This document shows positions 52,001 through 62,747 of a DNA stretch of 64,000 bases, one piece after another. Below the pieces are notes generated by a model. The model worked only from the letters and a program-made list of their open reading frames with translations. It did no database searches and had not been told where the DNA came from. Numbering within the stretch: the first letter of the stretch is position 1; the number at the start of each line of letters is the position of its first letter. Position numbers and translations under genes: made by a program. The DNA is from Ruditapes philippinarum. Its lineage: Eukaryota. Location of the stretch: positions 1-64,000 of the forward strand of contig NW_026854037.1 in assembly GCF_026571515.1 (NCBI RefSeq), in the 5' to 3' direction.

Positions 52001-54264
52001 TAGAAGTGCGGTGCATTATAAACGTAACTTTGCCTTCCCAACTTTTGGAGTTACTGTCCTTTGTTCATTTTAACACTATGAACTTTGTCTGGGACATAAC
52101 TATAAAAGGTATCAACTTAAAACTGTAGGTAAATCGATCTCATTAAGTAGAAGAGCACTGAATAAAAACGAACTGTAAGCCTCTCATCCTAAGTTTTGAA
52201 GTTATTGCCTTTTGTTATTTTTTACACTTTGAACTTTGTCCGGGACCTAACATGTGAACTATAAAGAATATCAACTTGTAACGTTGAAGGTAGATACATC
52301 TGAATGATAAAAGGTGCAGTGCCCTCCCTTTCCCTAATTTTTGAGTTCTTGCCCTTCGTTCGTTTATCACTTAGTCCAAATCCAAACTTTGATTTATCTT
52401 ATTGGTGCAATAATTTAAAAACATTTGACATTTAAGAAAAACTCTATAAACTACTGCATCATCCTTGTGTGAAAAAATATTAACTAACTAAATAACTATT
52501 CTGACAAGCACGTGTAGTGGGTATTCGGCACTTCGTTACAATTTCAGTTTTTATAGATGTTTATCTGATTTGAAACTACAATATCAAGAACTGTTTGACT
52601 TGCAACATTTAGATTCTGCTTGTGGACCTTAACTGATGTAAATTTTTAATCATGCCCACTGCGTCAGTATTTGGCTTGCGCTAGGGGACTCTTAATTTAT
52701 ATAGACAAACATTTAAATATTCCTGTGTGAACTCATATTGCTACTTGGGTCAATATTTGGCTCGCCGCCGGAGTCACTTAATTTAGAATTCTGATATAAA
52801 AAATAAACATGTAAGTGTGAAACAATTTCCAGAAGAATCAATTTGTAGATTTAAACAAAATACTTTTATCAGGACTCTCAAGTAAAAATTGTCTCTGTCC
52901 CTGGAGTTACTTGATTTTAGGTTTTTTCCGATGTCAAGGTGGCCTTTGCCACTTTTTGTGCTCCTAGACATATTCCGGCAAACAATCGTCGCTTCATCCA
53001 TTTTTCCGTAGATCTATTACCTATTTTATATTTTGAACATAAGTACCTTCGATACCAATTATTGTCCACTTTGTCATCGGCTGGATTAATGTCAGTGCCA
53101 TCGATGCATCAAAACAACAATATTGCAATTAAGTCACTACATTCGTCATTAAAATACATTGACAAACAGGCCGGTGCTGGTAGAGCCCATTTATTGTTAG
53201 TGGTATTCTTTTGAAAGATATATGTTGGGTCACTTTTAGTTTAATGCTAGAAAAGTGCAGATTATATCATAAAAAATCATCATTTATGTGCACTGTTTGT
53301 CATTGTAATCGTATTTTTTACCATTAACCTTATCTTTTTGTGTAGATGTTGATGGAGGAAGTACTACAGAATGAAGAAAAGGGTGCTGTAAATGTGTCTA
53401 TATGGGATTTTGCTGGACAGGATATGTTTTATTCAACCCATCAGGTTTTTCTTTGCAAACGCGCTGTCTATTTGCTTATAACCGATATATCTAAATATAT
53501 AAAAGAAAACGTAAAAGACCATTGGAGTGAAGAAGAAAGCACAGAGCGCCAGGTTTCAGGTTAGTTAATGTTTTTTAAACAAAGTTAACATCAAATTAAA
53601 AGTACGAATTAATTACAACTTTCTTTAGAAAAGAAACCAATGCATTAAGACAGGTTCAAGGGTCGAGACTTGCAAAAAACTTGATACTTGTAAAAGTAAC
53701 ACTTAGGTCAATATCTTTGCACAATTATAACCAGACAACTAAAGTTCAATCTTTTGTATGTGTTCAACAAATTCAAACAATCTTTTATTAAAATTATGCC
53801 TTTAATTTTTTATGATTAGTGGTGAGCATTTGTGATCATAAACTGTTTCTCGTCAGTCTTTCATTATTATTCGAAAATTATTAGTTTCATTTATTCTTTA
53901 TTTAACAGAAATGAGCCTTTGTTTAACTTCTGAAATATTATATAAACCAATAAAAGGTTAACAAGAGCTACAAATAGACACTACAAATGAAATATTTATC
54001 AATACTCTTCTTAGTTACTACATTGGCCATACTGAAATATTTGTCATGTAATTTAATGTTACTTGGTCTCTACTTAAGATTTATGATTTTCGCTCCTTGG
54101 ATATATTTTTTCCCGCCATTAATCGATCAGAGTATAGTAAACATACTTACATTTTAGAATACATTGACTTTTGGCTGAATTCAATCCACCATTATTGCGG
54201 TTACTCTGAGAAAAATGGACCTCCTGTTGTTTTGGTTTGTACCTTTGCAGACAAGTTACCAAAG
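15699..54264 (+). CDS. Spliced gene, 3'-partial: tandem DZIP3-like HEPN domains fused to a Roc (ROCO/LRRK-type) GTPase, at least 856 aa
   Basis: Exons 15699-16310, 16602-16629, 16903-17469, 17639-17710, 17870-18103, 34701-34961, 37857-37916, 40346-40411, 42384-42455, 43778-43837, 46961-47026, 48995-49066, 49779-49855, 53346-53559, 54158-54264. All introns are GT-AG, phases are compatible, and the 2568 nt stay open. The link across 18103-34701 is inferred from phase only. Confidence 0.72.
16602..16629 (+). CDS. Coding micro-exon 2 (VEELSRTSK)
   Basis: TTTCAG acceptor and G|GTTAGT donor. Its 28 nt bridge phase 0 to phase 1, as exon 3 requires. Confidence 0.75.
16784..16864. repeat. (CT)n microsatellite
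   Basis: Pure CT run of about 80 bp in an intron. Confidence 0.98.
16903..17469 (+). CDS. Coding exon 3: second, degenerate HEPN-like domain
   Basis: DLSKFL..YLYP..WDIFLLASVLL..IKSARVNYAS..LDADAF..SWTDL parallels exon 1. TAG acceptor and G|GTACAT donor, phase 1-1. Confidence 0.8.
17639..17710 (+). CDS. Coding exon 4 (ETITELSDMLNQLSQKAIKFQQEY)
   Basis: Pyrimidine tract plus TAG acceptor and G|GTAAGT donor; 72 nt, phase 1-1, open. Confidence 0.82.
17870..18103 (+). CDS. Coding exon 5 (helical linker VLKFKLLTTCENEE...HPDVQLVEAS...)
   Basis: Strong TTTCCTTTCAG acceptor, in frame with ORF 17827-18156. The T|GTAAGT donor gives phase 1. The 3' boundary is less certain. Confidence 0.7.
18960..19137 (+). 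mobile_element. SINE-like body fragment of a second family (related pieces at ~30340-30530 on - and ~46598-46715 on +)
   Basis: Shared motif GAGAAAGCTATCCAGCTA...TCGG(A/T)GGTTC...TTCCTCCA.CAGT and an A-rich end. No tRNA-like head seen. Confidence 0.55.
19445..24040. repeat. 30-bp minisatellite array in two blocks (19445-20620 and 22278-24040)
   Basis: Diverged tandem units close to GTGGTTACTGTTTTCATACAGCACACTTTA. Confidence 0.95.
20622..22272. mobile_element. 1.65 kb insertion splitting the minisatellite (TGT...ACA ends)
   Basis: Begins TGTCAGGAGAA and ends TTATTCTGACA, a short inverted terminus. Flanks CTCAT and CCCAT form a possible 5-bp TSD with one mismatch. Contains a C/A-rich low-complexity tract at ~20850-21290. 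Confidence 0.55.
24060..24535 (+). mobile_element. TTAA-associated MITE (Kolobok-like), copy 1
   Basis: Clearly homologous to 35932-36430. Imperfect TIR AGGAGACACAGGCAAAAT / ATTTGCCAGAATATCCCT, with TTAA at the left flank. Confidence 0.65.
24549..25684 (+). repeat. Tandem duplication with ~590 bp period, including (TTTC)n and a TRIM LTR
   Basis: TTGTTTGTGATTGAAGT.TTTACAC starts at 24549 and again at 25138. The copies stay colinear through GGTCAGGCTGCACATTTT. Confidence 0.9.
25561..25908 (+). mobile_element. TRIM (miniature LTR retrotransposon) with tRNA-like LTRs, Helenus-like
   Basis: LTR1 ends GTGACA at 25697. A tRNA-Lys-type PBS TGGCGCCCAACGTGAGG follows at 25700-25716, then a PPT AGCAGGGGAG at 25793-25802. 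LTR2 starts TGTCAC at 25805 and is 3'-truncated. The LTR holds an A box TAGCTCAGTC(G)G and a B box GGTTCGAGTCC. Confidence 0.85.
26330..27920 (+). repeat. Diverged tandem core repeats of a HINE-like family (relatives at ~33800-34560, ~38450-39230 and 57889-59100)
   Basis: Recurrent CTCTACCAAGATTGTTCAAATTAT..CCCTGGGGTCAAAATTGGC..GCCC motifs at roughly 150-180 bp spacing. Confidence 0.7.
28963..31586. mobile_element. Non-autonomous DNA transposon with ~470-520 bp TIRs, CAC...GTG ends and a 5-bp TSD
   Basis: 28963-29430 is a diverged reverse complement of 31065-31586. Ends are CACCGTACGGAACGTGTTACAGTA and TACTGTAACACGTTCCCTACAGTG. ATTGT flanks both sides (28958-28962 and 31587-31591). Confidence 0.85.
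32060..33430 (+). mobile_element. HINE-like element with ~150-bp tandem core repeats
   Basis: GGGGATATAG followed by a (GTCC)n-like microsatellite, then repeated GAGATATCAAC(T/A)TGAAACTTCATAGGTGGATAGATCT...GAGTTATTGCC units. Confidence 0.7.
34701..34961 (+). CDS. Coding exon 6: Roc GTPase N-terminal part (G1 and G2)
   Basis: LPEEIRQMD..FTKALQEGKVPVRNIRVMVVGHYEVGKSTL..PTEGIDV. P-loop GxxxxGKS at 34811-34834 and Roc switch-I TxGID. CTACAG acceptor and G|GTAAAT donor. Confidence 0.93.
35100..36620 (+). repeat. Diverged ~150-bp tandem repeat interrupted by a MITE
   Basis: Recurrent GGT(C/T)ATCTGGGGTCAAAAACTAGGTCAC..CTTGTTAACACT-like units. Confidence 0.6.
35932..36430 (+). mobile_element. TTAA-associated MITE (Kolobok-like), copy 2
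   Basis: TTAA|AGAGAGACACAGGCAAAAT...ATTTTGCCTAAATATCCCT|TTGA; homologous to 24060-24535. Confidence 0.65.
37857..37916 (+). CDS. Roc-insert micro-exon A1 (GKERFNVLGQLANILEENTT)
   Basis: TTTAG acceptor and ACAG|GTAAAT donor; 60 nt, phase 1-1, open. Confidence 0.72.
39245..40040 (+). mobile_element. HINE-like element with tandem cores (duplicated at ~45510-46440)
   Basis: GGGGATAG plus a (GTCC/GTCT)n microsatellite, then repeated TTTCGTGTCCGCTCCATAAC..CTTGGCACAAATGATCACCAT..GTCAAGGTCA units. Confidence 0.65.
40346..40411 (+). CDS. Roc-insert micro-exon B1 (DDNIAQMMQTEVTESIYTRNPT)
   Basis: CAG acceptor with a weak pyrimidine tract and ACAG|GTATGT donor; 66 nt, phase 1-1, open. Confidence 0.62.
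42384..42455 (+). CDS. Roc-insert micro-exon C1 (VDPSHVSVQQKKNEDTEINSSVRT)
   Basis: TACAG acceptor with a weak tract and ACAG|GTAAGA donor; 72 nt, phase 1-1, open. Confidence 0.62.
43778..43837 (+). CDS. Roc-insert micro-exon A2 (GKERFNVVGQLANILEENTT)
   Basis: Duplicate of A1 with intact splice sites. Confidence 0.68.
44513..44860. mobile_element. 348-bp TTAA-specific MITE (Kolobok-like), present only in duplication copy 2
   Basis: TTAA TSD at 44509-44512 and 44861-44864. TIR AGTGTCATTATGCTCAT / ATGGGCATAATGTCACT. Copy 1 has the empty site ATTATCCTTAAGAAGTCC at ~38581-38598. Confidence 0.92.
46961..47026 (+). CDS. Roc-insert micro-exon B2 (DDDVAQMMQTEVTESIYTRNPT)
   Basis: Duplicate of B1 with intact splice sites. 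Confidence 0.62.
48995..49066 (+). CDS. Roc-insert micro-exon C2 (DDPSHVSVQQKKVEDTKINSSVRT)
   Basis: Duplicate of C1 with intact splice sites. Confidence 0.62.
49779..49855 (+). CDS. Roc-insert exon D (EMTNQDFTKKEGETTKAKEKRNDKLK)
   Basis: TTTTTTAAG acceptor and AAG|GTTAAA donor. Its 77 nt convert phase 1 to phase 0, which the exon at 53346 requires. Confidence 0.68.
50050..51125. repeat. Highly diverged tandem repeat region
   Basis: Recurrent GACCTTGAC..GGTC and TTGCTATAATTGAC.GTAACTT motifs. Confidence 0.5.
51525..52550 (+). mobile_element. HINE-like element with a duplicated 5' end; related to 32060-33430
   Basis: TATACCCCC..GGGGTATACTGTAG hairpin present twice (~51530 and ~51610), a GGTC microsatellite and AACTTTGTAGGTAGATAGATCT..GAGTTATTGCCCTTTG cores. 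Confidence 0.65.
53346..53559 (+). CDS. Roc GTPase exon with G3
   Basis: VSIWDFAGQDMFYSTHQVFLCKRAVYLLITDIS is the Roc WDFAGQxxFYxTHxxFL signature. TGTAG acceptor and G|GTTAGT donor. Confidence 0.95.
54158..54264 (+). CDS. Roc GTPase exon with G4
   Basis: EYIDFWLNSIHHYC..PPVVLVCTFADKL matches the Roc pattern (F/Y)WL.SI...PVILVGTHxD. TTTTAG acceptor and AAG|GTATGT donor. Confidence 0.92.
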
Positions 54265-57016
54265 GTATGTTTTCATTACCTAATACAATTTCATATAGAA
54301 ACGTTTTCGCTAAAATTATTATATTTATATCGTCAGCAAAATGTCATTTAACTTTTTGTTTTGATAAAATCATTTTTTTTGTCGTTATAATGTTAGGAAA
54401 AACAAGGTTACACCAGTAACTAACATTTGAAAGTTAAAAATGATGAAAATGACTTCATTGACATAGAAAAAAACACCACGTAAGTGCAGCTTCAGAATGT
54501 GTTGGTGCAAAAACTACTATAAGCACAATGACATATTTTTTTTAACCAAAGTTAAATAGGTACATCAAAATTATTTGTTACAAAGAGTATTGAAACTGCA
54601 TCAATATATTTAGATATTGCATTATCAGATAGCAATATAATTTCTAAAATACACATCGTATATTTAAATCTACTTTGAGAAGCCTACACTTAAAGAATAT
54701 GTTTCATTGTCCCCTGGGCATATCGCACTTGAACCGTCCGGCCGTCTGTTTTTACGTCAATAATAACGGCAAGTTGCATTTTTTCCTAAGTTCTTCCTCA
54801 TAATTTACAAACATACTTATGATCTGGGCAACTTGTAAAACAACGGTTTATTTTTTTTCCATAGGAAAATATGGGTAGGTTTAACCTTAACCGGCAAAGT
54901 GGATATATCTTAAGTTTTATCTGTACGTATGGCTTCATAATTTTCATACATACTTATCAATACAAAGTACACATTTTTGCCAAGTTATATTACTGTGCTT
55001 TCCATATTTCCCAATTATTTCCCTTTAAATCAGATTGAAAATAGGACCCTGTAAGGTCACCCTTTTCAAGTAAGTTTGATTTATATGAAATTTCTCATAA
55101 CTACTTAATAGACGTGTTAAACAATGAAAAAATGCCCTCTTTAGGCCCAAAACACTGTTTTTTGTGTTAAAAGAAGTAATCACTTTTTTCGGTGCCGCCC
55201 CCATCAAAATGGTACATCGAGGGGTTGCCAGGAGGGGGATGTGTCCCCTTCTGTTTGGGGGTTTGAAGGGGGCGGCAGTTGCCCCTCATCGCCGGAAAAT
55301 TTTGGACTTTTGAGAGGCTTAAATTGACCCCAGATCGATTATTAGGTAATGTGTAATCAACGCTGAAAAGTATTTGACTCTATCTCAATCCATTGAGAAG
55401 TTGCAGCACTTTGAAATCAATTTTGATGGAAAAAAATCAAGGCAAAATAGTGATTTTTGGCAATTTTGAGATGTCCCATCGTTGCCATGGTAACAGGAAA
55501 TTTAAGCCTGAGCATGTTGTTACAAAGGCAATGGTCCAGTCAACATTTGTGCCAAGTTTGATTAGTATTGAAGAACTTGTAACGGGATACTTTTCAATGA
55601 AAACAGCCATTTTTCACAAAATGCTTATGAAGTAATGGGTTAATGGAATCTAGACTTTAAACTTAAGATAATTGTTCTTTGTCATCACTCACATTATGTA
55701 TGTTAATGTTCCTAAAGCTCTGGAAAGAGAATGATCCCTCTAGAGCATTAATCACAACAAAATTACATGAAAATTGCAGACTCGGTTTGGATGAGTTTGG
55801 ACATGAGGGATAATGAAAAAAGTAATACACCCCTCATGCCGCTAGCACCGGCTTGAACGTTATTCAGTTTTCATCATTGAAAAGTGTTTGAATCAATGAT
55901 CCCGAAAGACCTGACAAATATTACAACACTTAAATGAAGAACGGGGCAATAATTTACAGCTGCCCCACAAAACATGACACCTGATATTCATAAGTCAAGC
56001 ATCTTTATTTCAAGAGTTATCTCCTCTTTAGTTTTTGAAGTTATATTTAGGTAACAACTAGGGCTGTTTAGAATTAAAGCTCTTTCCTGATATCACTTTT
56101 AAATGGCATCCCCATCCCCTGCGCGCCTTTGCTTTATATAAATTTTGGTCAATAAATAAATTGTTTTTTCTCTGTTCCATAATTTCGTTTTATGTATCAT
56201 TCAAGTAATTATTCCGTCCGCGCTTTGCCTTGTGCCCTGTCTGGTTTTTGGTTGGGATCCTTTGGGCACCTTGCCGATGGTCCTGTGTTCCTGGTTGTGC
56301 TGGGGGTTTCGTTCATTGAACGCCGCCCTTCATTGTTGATCTTGTTTTTCATATTTTGGAACTTTATAACAAATCTACTTAAAATAGAGAAAAGTTGAAA
56401 CAAGCTATCATATACATCCTGAGCCAAGATATTTTGATTATCTGAGTTGAAAAAAGAAAAATTGCCTTACCAAGCAGGGAAAGTGAGCACATTACTAAAA
56501 TACAGCCAAACTAAGAACTAAAACGATTCTTGTTCATCCATGTCTTCCACAACGGCATAATTGATCTTGACCCTTCAGAATGTTGCTAGGGTTCTAGTTG
56601 GTAGGGGACTTTTGCATTCCTGGCAATACTATGATAATTAGTTGTTTTTTTCTTTGTCAATATTTTTCTGTTCTTGCGTGTCAACATATTGACAATAATA
56701 TAACAAAGAATGTTTCAGTACATTTACTTTTGATTGTATCTCTAACAATACAAGTAATGTGAAGTCATTCCATTATTAAGGGATCATAATGAATTATAAA
56801 ACAGAAAATAAAACTCTCTCAAAAGTACTTTCTTAGTGCATCATGTAAGGAAAATTGTAAATAGTAGACTAGTAAAATGAGTTACTGCAATTTGACAGTT
56901 GAAAGCCTTAGTAAACATCTAGATCGGTGCCTTCTGTGTACAATGCTGGAGTGACTTGATTGTGACAGGGGCTGCGTTCTGTGAACGTTGCCTTGTCTGA
57001 TAGATCTTTATTCTAA

Positions 57017-57547
57017 TTTTTGTGTCCCCACTATAGGTTGGGCATTGTAGTTGTGCACCTGGGTTTTTATGGATGTATTTAGTATTGTTAGAGTAATTGC
57101 ACTTGAATTAGTAAAAATTTCAAATTTTCAACTTGTGTCGCACGTAACTAAAAAGTATTTGACCGAGAGTCATGAAACCTTACAGTAACGTTGCTCAGCA
57201 TGTGAAGTTTGTGCATGCACCTGGGTATTTTCGTGTGAATTTTTTTAGTATTTTTAGAGTGATTGTCCTTGACTTAGTAAAAATTTACATTATTAAACTT
57301 GTGCTGCAAGTAACTCAAAAAGTTTTTGACATGTAGGTCTGAAAGTTTACAAGAATGTTGAAAAGCACCTTGGGGTTTTCTTGTGAATTTATTTAGTATT
57401 TGTAGTATTTGCCCTTTACTTTATAAAATATTTTAAGTTTTCAACTTGCGCTCATGTAGCAAAAAACAAATATTTGACCTAGAGACATAAGATTGACAAA
57501 TCGATGGAGTGTGGGGGCACCCGTGTCCTATGGACACATTTCTAGTT
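57017..57547 (+). mobile_element. Compact HINE/Helentron-like element
   Basis: 5' GTGTCCCCAC pairs with the 3' subterminal IR GTGGGGGCAC (57511-57520). About three ~160-bp cores, a hairpin GTGTCC-TAT-GGACAC and a CTAGTT end. Confidence 0.75.
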
Positions 57548-57886
57548 AGTGATACATTGAGTATGAAAAAAGTGCTTATATGGGTTCATCTTGTCCATAT
57601 CTTTTCTTTTTATAGACATAAGTTAGGCAAAGGCATGGACTCTGTTTCAATATTTTGGTCAAAACATTGTTGATGTGGTATACCTAAAAACTTTTGCTAT
57701 TACCAACATATCGCAAACATTAATTTTATATCAAGTGATTATATAAAACATGAGGATGACTCTCTTTAGCCCTGTATGTCATGCTTGGAAACACATTTTA
57801 ATGTACACAAAATCATATTTTTCAACATATGTACAAATGGCATGAAGATAAAAGCCACATTATATCATGAACAATACTCTGGGCAA

Positions 57887-59100
57887 TTTTTATGCCACCG
57901 CAGCATCTGCTATGCGGTGACATATAGCGATTCACCTGTGTGAGTGTGTGCATGTGCGTGTGTGTGTGTGTGTGTGCGTGTGTGTGTGTGCGTGTTTGTG
58001 TGCGTGTGTATGTGTGTGTTACATAGATTAAAAAGTAAACTTAAACAATCTTTTTTGAAAAAACACTGGTCAAATGTTTATCAAACTGGCAGGATTTATC
58101 CTTTGGTGAAGGGTTTAACAAAGTTGTTCAAAGGATTTCATTCCGTGCAGAAATCTGGTTGACATGGCAACAAAAGAAATAATAACAATAAATTTGAAAA
58201 ATCTTCTTGTAAAGACTCAAAGGCCTAGAGCATAGATATTTTGCATAAGGTATAGTCTGGTAGGCCTCTACAAAGATTGTTCAAATTATATCCCTGGGGT
58301 CATTGATATTTACTATGAACATTAAAAAAAATTAAACAACTGTCTGAAGGGACAAGGCTTAAAGCTTTGATATATGATATCATCTATAGGTCTTCTACCA
58401 GAGTTTAGCCCCGCCCTGAGGGTTCATTGGTTTTCCTTTTATTTATGATGTAAAAAACTTTTAAAAAATCATCTTCTCTGAACTGACAATGGCTAGATGT
58501 TAGATATTTTGCATACCAAATTGTGAAGTAGACTTCTACCAAGATTGTTCAAATATAGCCCTGGAGACAAAATTGCCCCGCCCCGGGGGTCATGGATCTT
58601 CACTATGTACATACAGTAAAAAATAAAAAATCTTCTTTTCTTAAGTACGAGGCTTAGAGCTTAGATATTTAGTATAAAATATAACCTATAGGCCCTCAAC
58701 CAAAGTTGTTCAAATTTTGCCCCTGGTGTCAAAATTGCCCTGTCCCGGGGTTTTCCTTACATGTTTATCGTTAAAACTTAAAAACATCTTCTCTGAATTG
58801 ACAATGGCTAGAGTTTATAAATTTTGTGTAGTGGACCTCTACCAAGATTGTTAGCGTCAAAATTGGTCCCGCCCTAGGGGTCATAGATTTTCATTATGTA
58901 CATATTGCATGTATTTATAGTAACAACAGAAACTTAAACAAATGTTTTCTGAAAAGAAGAACGCTACAGCTTAATTGCATATTTGACATATAACATTGTC
59001 TGGTGGACTTTTATCAAGATTGTTTGAATTAAACCCTTGAGTCAAAATTTTGTCCTGCCCAAGGAGACATTGACCTTCATTATTTTCCTTTGATGAAAAG
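57887..59100 (+). mobile_element. HINE-like element with (TG)n and tandem cores
   Basis: 5' stem-loop TATGCCACCGCA..TGCGGTGACATA, (TG)n at 57938-58018, then CTACCAAGATTGTTCAAAT..CCCTGGGGTCAAAATTG cores. Confidence 0.7.
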
Positions 59101-62100
59101 CCATGAAATTTGGACCATGTGCACAGTTTGGGATGTAAAATTGAACTTTAATAATCACATGAACTATGATTTGGCATGCGACCTACTTTCTTGTCCTTTG
59201 TTTCATGTTTAGGAGAGGTCACTAAAATGCTATGACATCCGAAAAAATGTGTACTCTTTATTGAATTACATCGCACTTTACTATAACAACATGAAAATGT
59301 ACGAGGAAAGAAATCATATTGTTTAAAACAAAAAAAACCCCCAATATTCTAAATAAATTATACGTTACTCTAAGGACAGTTAGTTTTTAAAAATGTGCTT
59401 TTGTAAAAGATTTCTACGGGTAAAACACCAAAAAATTGTTGCTGCCTGGTAAAAACATTAGTGCATGCTGAGGCCTTCACTGATTACTGACATCATCGTG
59501 AAAATTTTACTATTTAAACTCGCTGACAATGACATCGATAATAAAGGAGCATATTTATGTGAATAAGTATTGCACTATGATCATTTTCTGTCCAAACCAT
59601 ATAATTTTTGTATTTCACAAGATATATACATATAGTTCCAGTTCAATCCAGTGTTACAGTAAGTAAGTCACAAAAAATTGGAAGTTGGGGGATGTTTATA
59701 CAAAAATCGTTTATACCAGCAATCTTTTTCATTTTGATGAAGCTAGAAATAAGGGCATTGAAATGAAGTTTGGTAAATTTCTTTATAAAAATGTATAAAT
59801 TATGCCGTTCTGATCATAAAGGCCAAGCCCTGGATTGATAATTGTTACAAAGAGCTTATACGTTTTGATAAATGATTTTTTCCGCGGGGCAAGAGACATT
59901 CATAGATAATACAAATACATAATTTTACTGCAACAAGACGGAAATTCACAGAATAATAGAGTGTTGTCTTCAAGTTTGTGTAATATTTCGATATTTAATT
60001 CTTGATACAAGTTTAAAAGGATTTGTTTTATAAAAAGGGCTGTCGTCAACATAGAACTTTTCGAAAAACTATTATTACGGCGATTAACGCAGTTTTCATA
60101 TGTTTATATTTTGTTTTTCTTCACCACGTGATTAATTGGGCGGGGTGGTAAACCGTTTGGCGTCAGGTCAATTACCGACAAAAGGTCATTGGATATTCAA
60201 ATGTCTCAGGCCAATATTGCCGAACAATACCATGGTATATATGTTGTGTATATACAAGCGGCGCCGGACTGTAACATCATAAATTACAACGGAGCACTTG
60301 GTACAGTTCTTACATTACATAGAACTACGTCATGTATCATAATTGTACTAATTTTGATACAACTTTGGTTAAGGGCTTTATTGTGCCAGCCTCACAGACT
60401 TTATTCTTGGGAATGACTACCAACAAGCAATAATGTTATAGGTTGTCACATTTGCGATTATGCTTTCATTTATTAACAACATTTTCGTTTGTTTTTGTAC
60501 GTTGAATGAACAAAGTACCTTTCTTTTACATGTTCAAAAGGCATAATATGGAAAACATAAACATATCATTTAAGTCTAAAAATATTATCATGTTATTTTA
60601 CTTTTTAATAAAGTACCCACTGCATTAAATTTACGCAATATATGATTTATGACAGTGTCCCGTTATCAAAATATGATGCATGAGTTGCTTACTTGTCAAC
60701 ACAAATAGTAAGCATTCCAAAGAATTGTCACTTTTATGCATTTATATTAATACAAATGACATTTTACATTAGTTGTACAATCAGGTAATATACCGACACA
60801 CAGTGTCTGGACTTAAAATGTGCACATGACCCTACTATATGGTTTAGTTTTGATAAAGATAACTTAATGAATACAGCCAAACATTAAAATACTTTATAAT
60901 TAAAAATTATGAAAAACACCGACTTCATTTGTATTGTCCGACTTTTCTTAGATATACATGTACTTGTATTTATTCTGACTGACAACCGGCCTGAGGTGTC
61001 TAAAATTGAATGTTACTTTAAGTTTATTTTCGTCTCTTCATTGTAGTGAATATCTTATAGAGATATCAAAGTAACTAACGTCATGTGTACGAATTGAACA
61101 TCTTGAAAAAAAAACGTGAAAAACACTTATTTCATTTACCGCCCGCCTTTTACCTAGTAAGTCATGTATAATGTTCACTCTCACGGATAAAGTCACAGAT
61201 ATATCTATAAATATATTTATTAATCGTAAAATATACATGTTTCCATACAATTCTACCCATGTTTCATAAACAAATAGGGCTACACTTAATAATTAAACAT
61301 ATAAAACACCTAATTTGTTTGTTTTTGTCCGAATTTTCTTAAGCATACATGCACTTGTATCGTTTGTACCCGGAAAGTCACTTATATCCTAAAGTATACA
61401 TTCTTTCCTACAATAAAATGAATATTTCATAGAAATACTTTAATAAATAACGGTTTGCAAAATAATTGAATGACATAGACAAATACAGTTTTTATTCGCC
61501 TTGCGCATTTATATATATAATAAATCATGTATATGTAGAAACGAATACCTGCAAACGGATATATATATCTTTGAGTTGAATTTATTAATCTTGAGATATA
61601 CATATTTTTCTACAATATCAGCTACACTTTATCGTTATGTTCATCAGCAAGTCATCTCGGAATCGTCTGACATAAAGGTGTATAAAGCATTATATTGCAA
61701 TACAGTAGATCCAGTTGTATCGCTAAAAAGTTGTCGGCTAACTACCGACATCAAACGGATAGCATTGAGCTATAATTACTTTCTTTCATTTTAGGCATAA
61801 AGACATCGCTAAAAATATGTTTTGATTGATTACTAGTGCTCAGATTTAACTAAGTTTGACCGGCTGTTTTATTTCGTATTTTAAATTTTATTATTTTAAT
61901 GTCCTTTATGATTGTCATTACTGCCGTTCGTATTTGTTTAGCAAAATCTCGCAGTGGGCCTAAAGCAATATCACACGGAGGGTCCTAAGAACATTCACTT
62001 CCAAATTAAAATGTACATTCAGTATAAAAGTGACAAAAACATGTCACATACGAGTTGATACAATTTTCTTACCGTGAATAAATATTTTTACTGGTATATC

Positions 62101-62747
62101 CCCCCGTATATTACTGATATTGGTCCGTAATTGCATCATGTACGGCAATGAACATTCCTGTATTCCTGGGCAATAAATTCAAGCACATCAGTGTAATTTT
62201 ATTTCATTTTCTTTGCAGTGTTTGAGAAAAGTTATCGCTAAAATGCATTTTGTTATTGTTAGAAAATTTCTTTATTACTACTATTTTGCTGATGCAAAGA
62301 TGTTATGCAGGCGAACTCAACTATTTAAATCAATAGATACCATGTGAATAACCGTTGACCTTTTCAGTTTTGCCTCGCTCGTAATACACGGATACGAAAT
62401 TCGTGTATTTGCAGTTCATATAAGGGCTGATTAAAAATGATATAATTGACTTTTCAATAATGCGTTCTTTGATGAAACTGAGTCTACCATTTCATGATCA
62501 AACTTGCTTATTATTAACTAAGCGTTCTTCCATTATGCCCATAAAGAGGGATCATTTAAACAGACACCAAAAAAAAAATCAAAGTTTTATTAAACTTATG
62601 TGTGGAAATATGTCAAACATATCGTTGATAATGAATATATCCTGAAAGATTTGCCCGATGCATGCACAAATTCAGTACCAAGCCGCCACGTGATGGACCT
62701 GACAGAATTGGACAAAAATCAGCAAATACAAAGTGATTATAATTTAA

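Noticed and set aside
57944-58162. Cys/Val-rich ORF, and the Pro/Ala/Arg-rich ORFs at 7150-7396
   Set aside because: These are translations of (TG)n and (GGGC)n microsatellites inside HINE-like elements.
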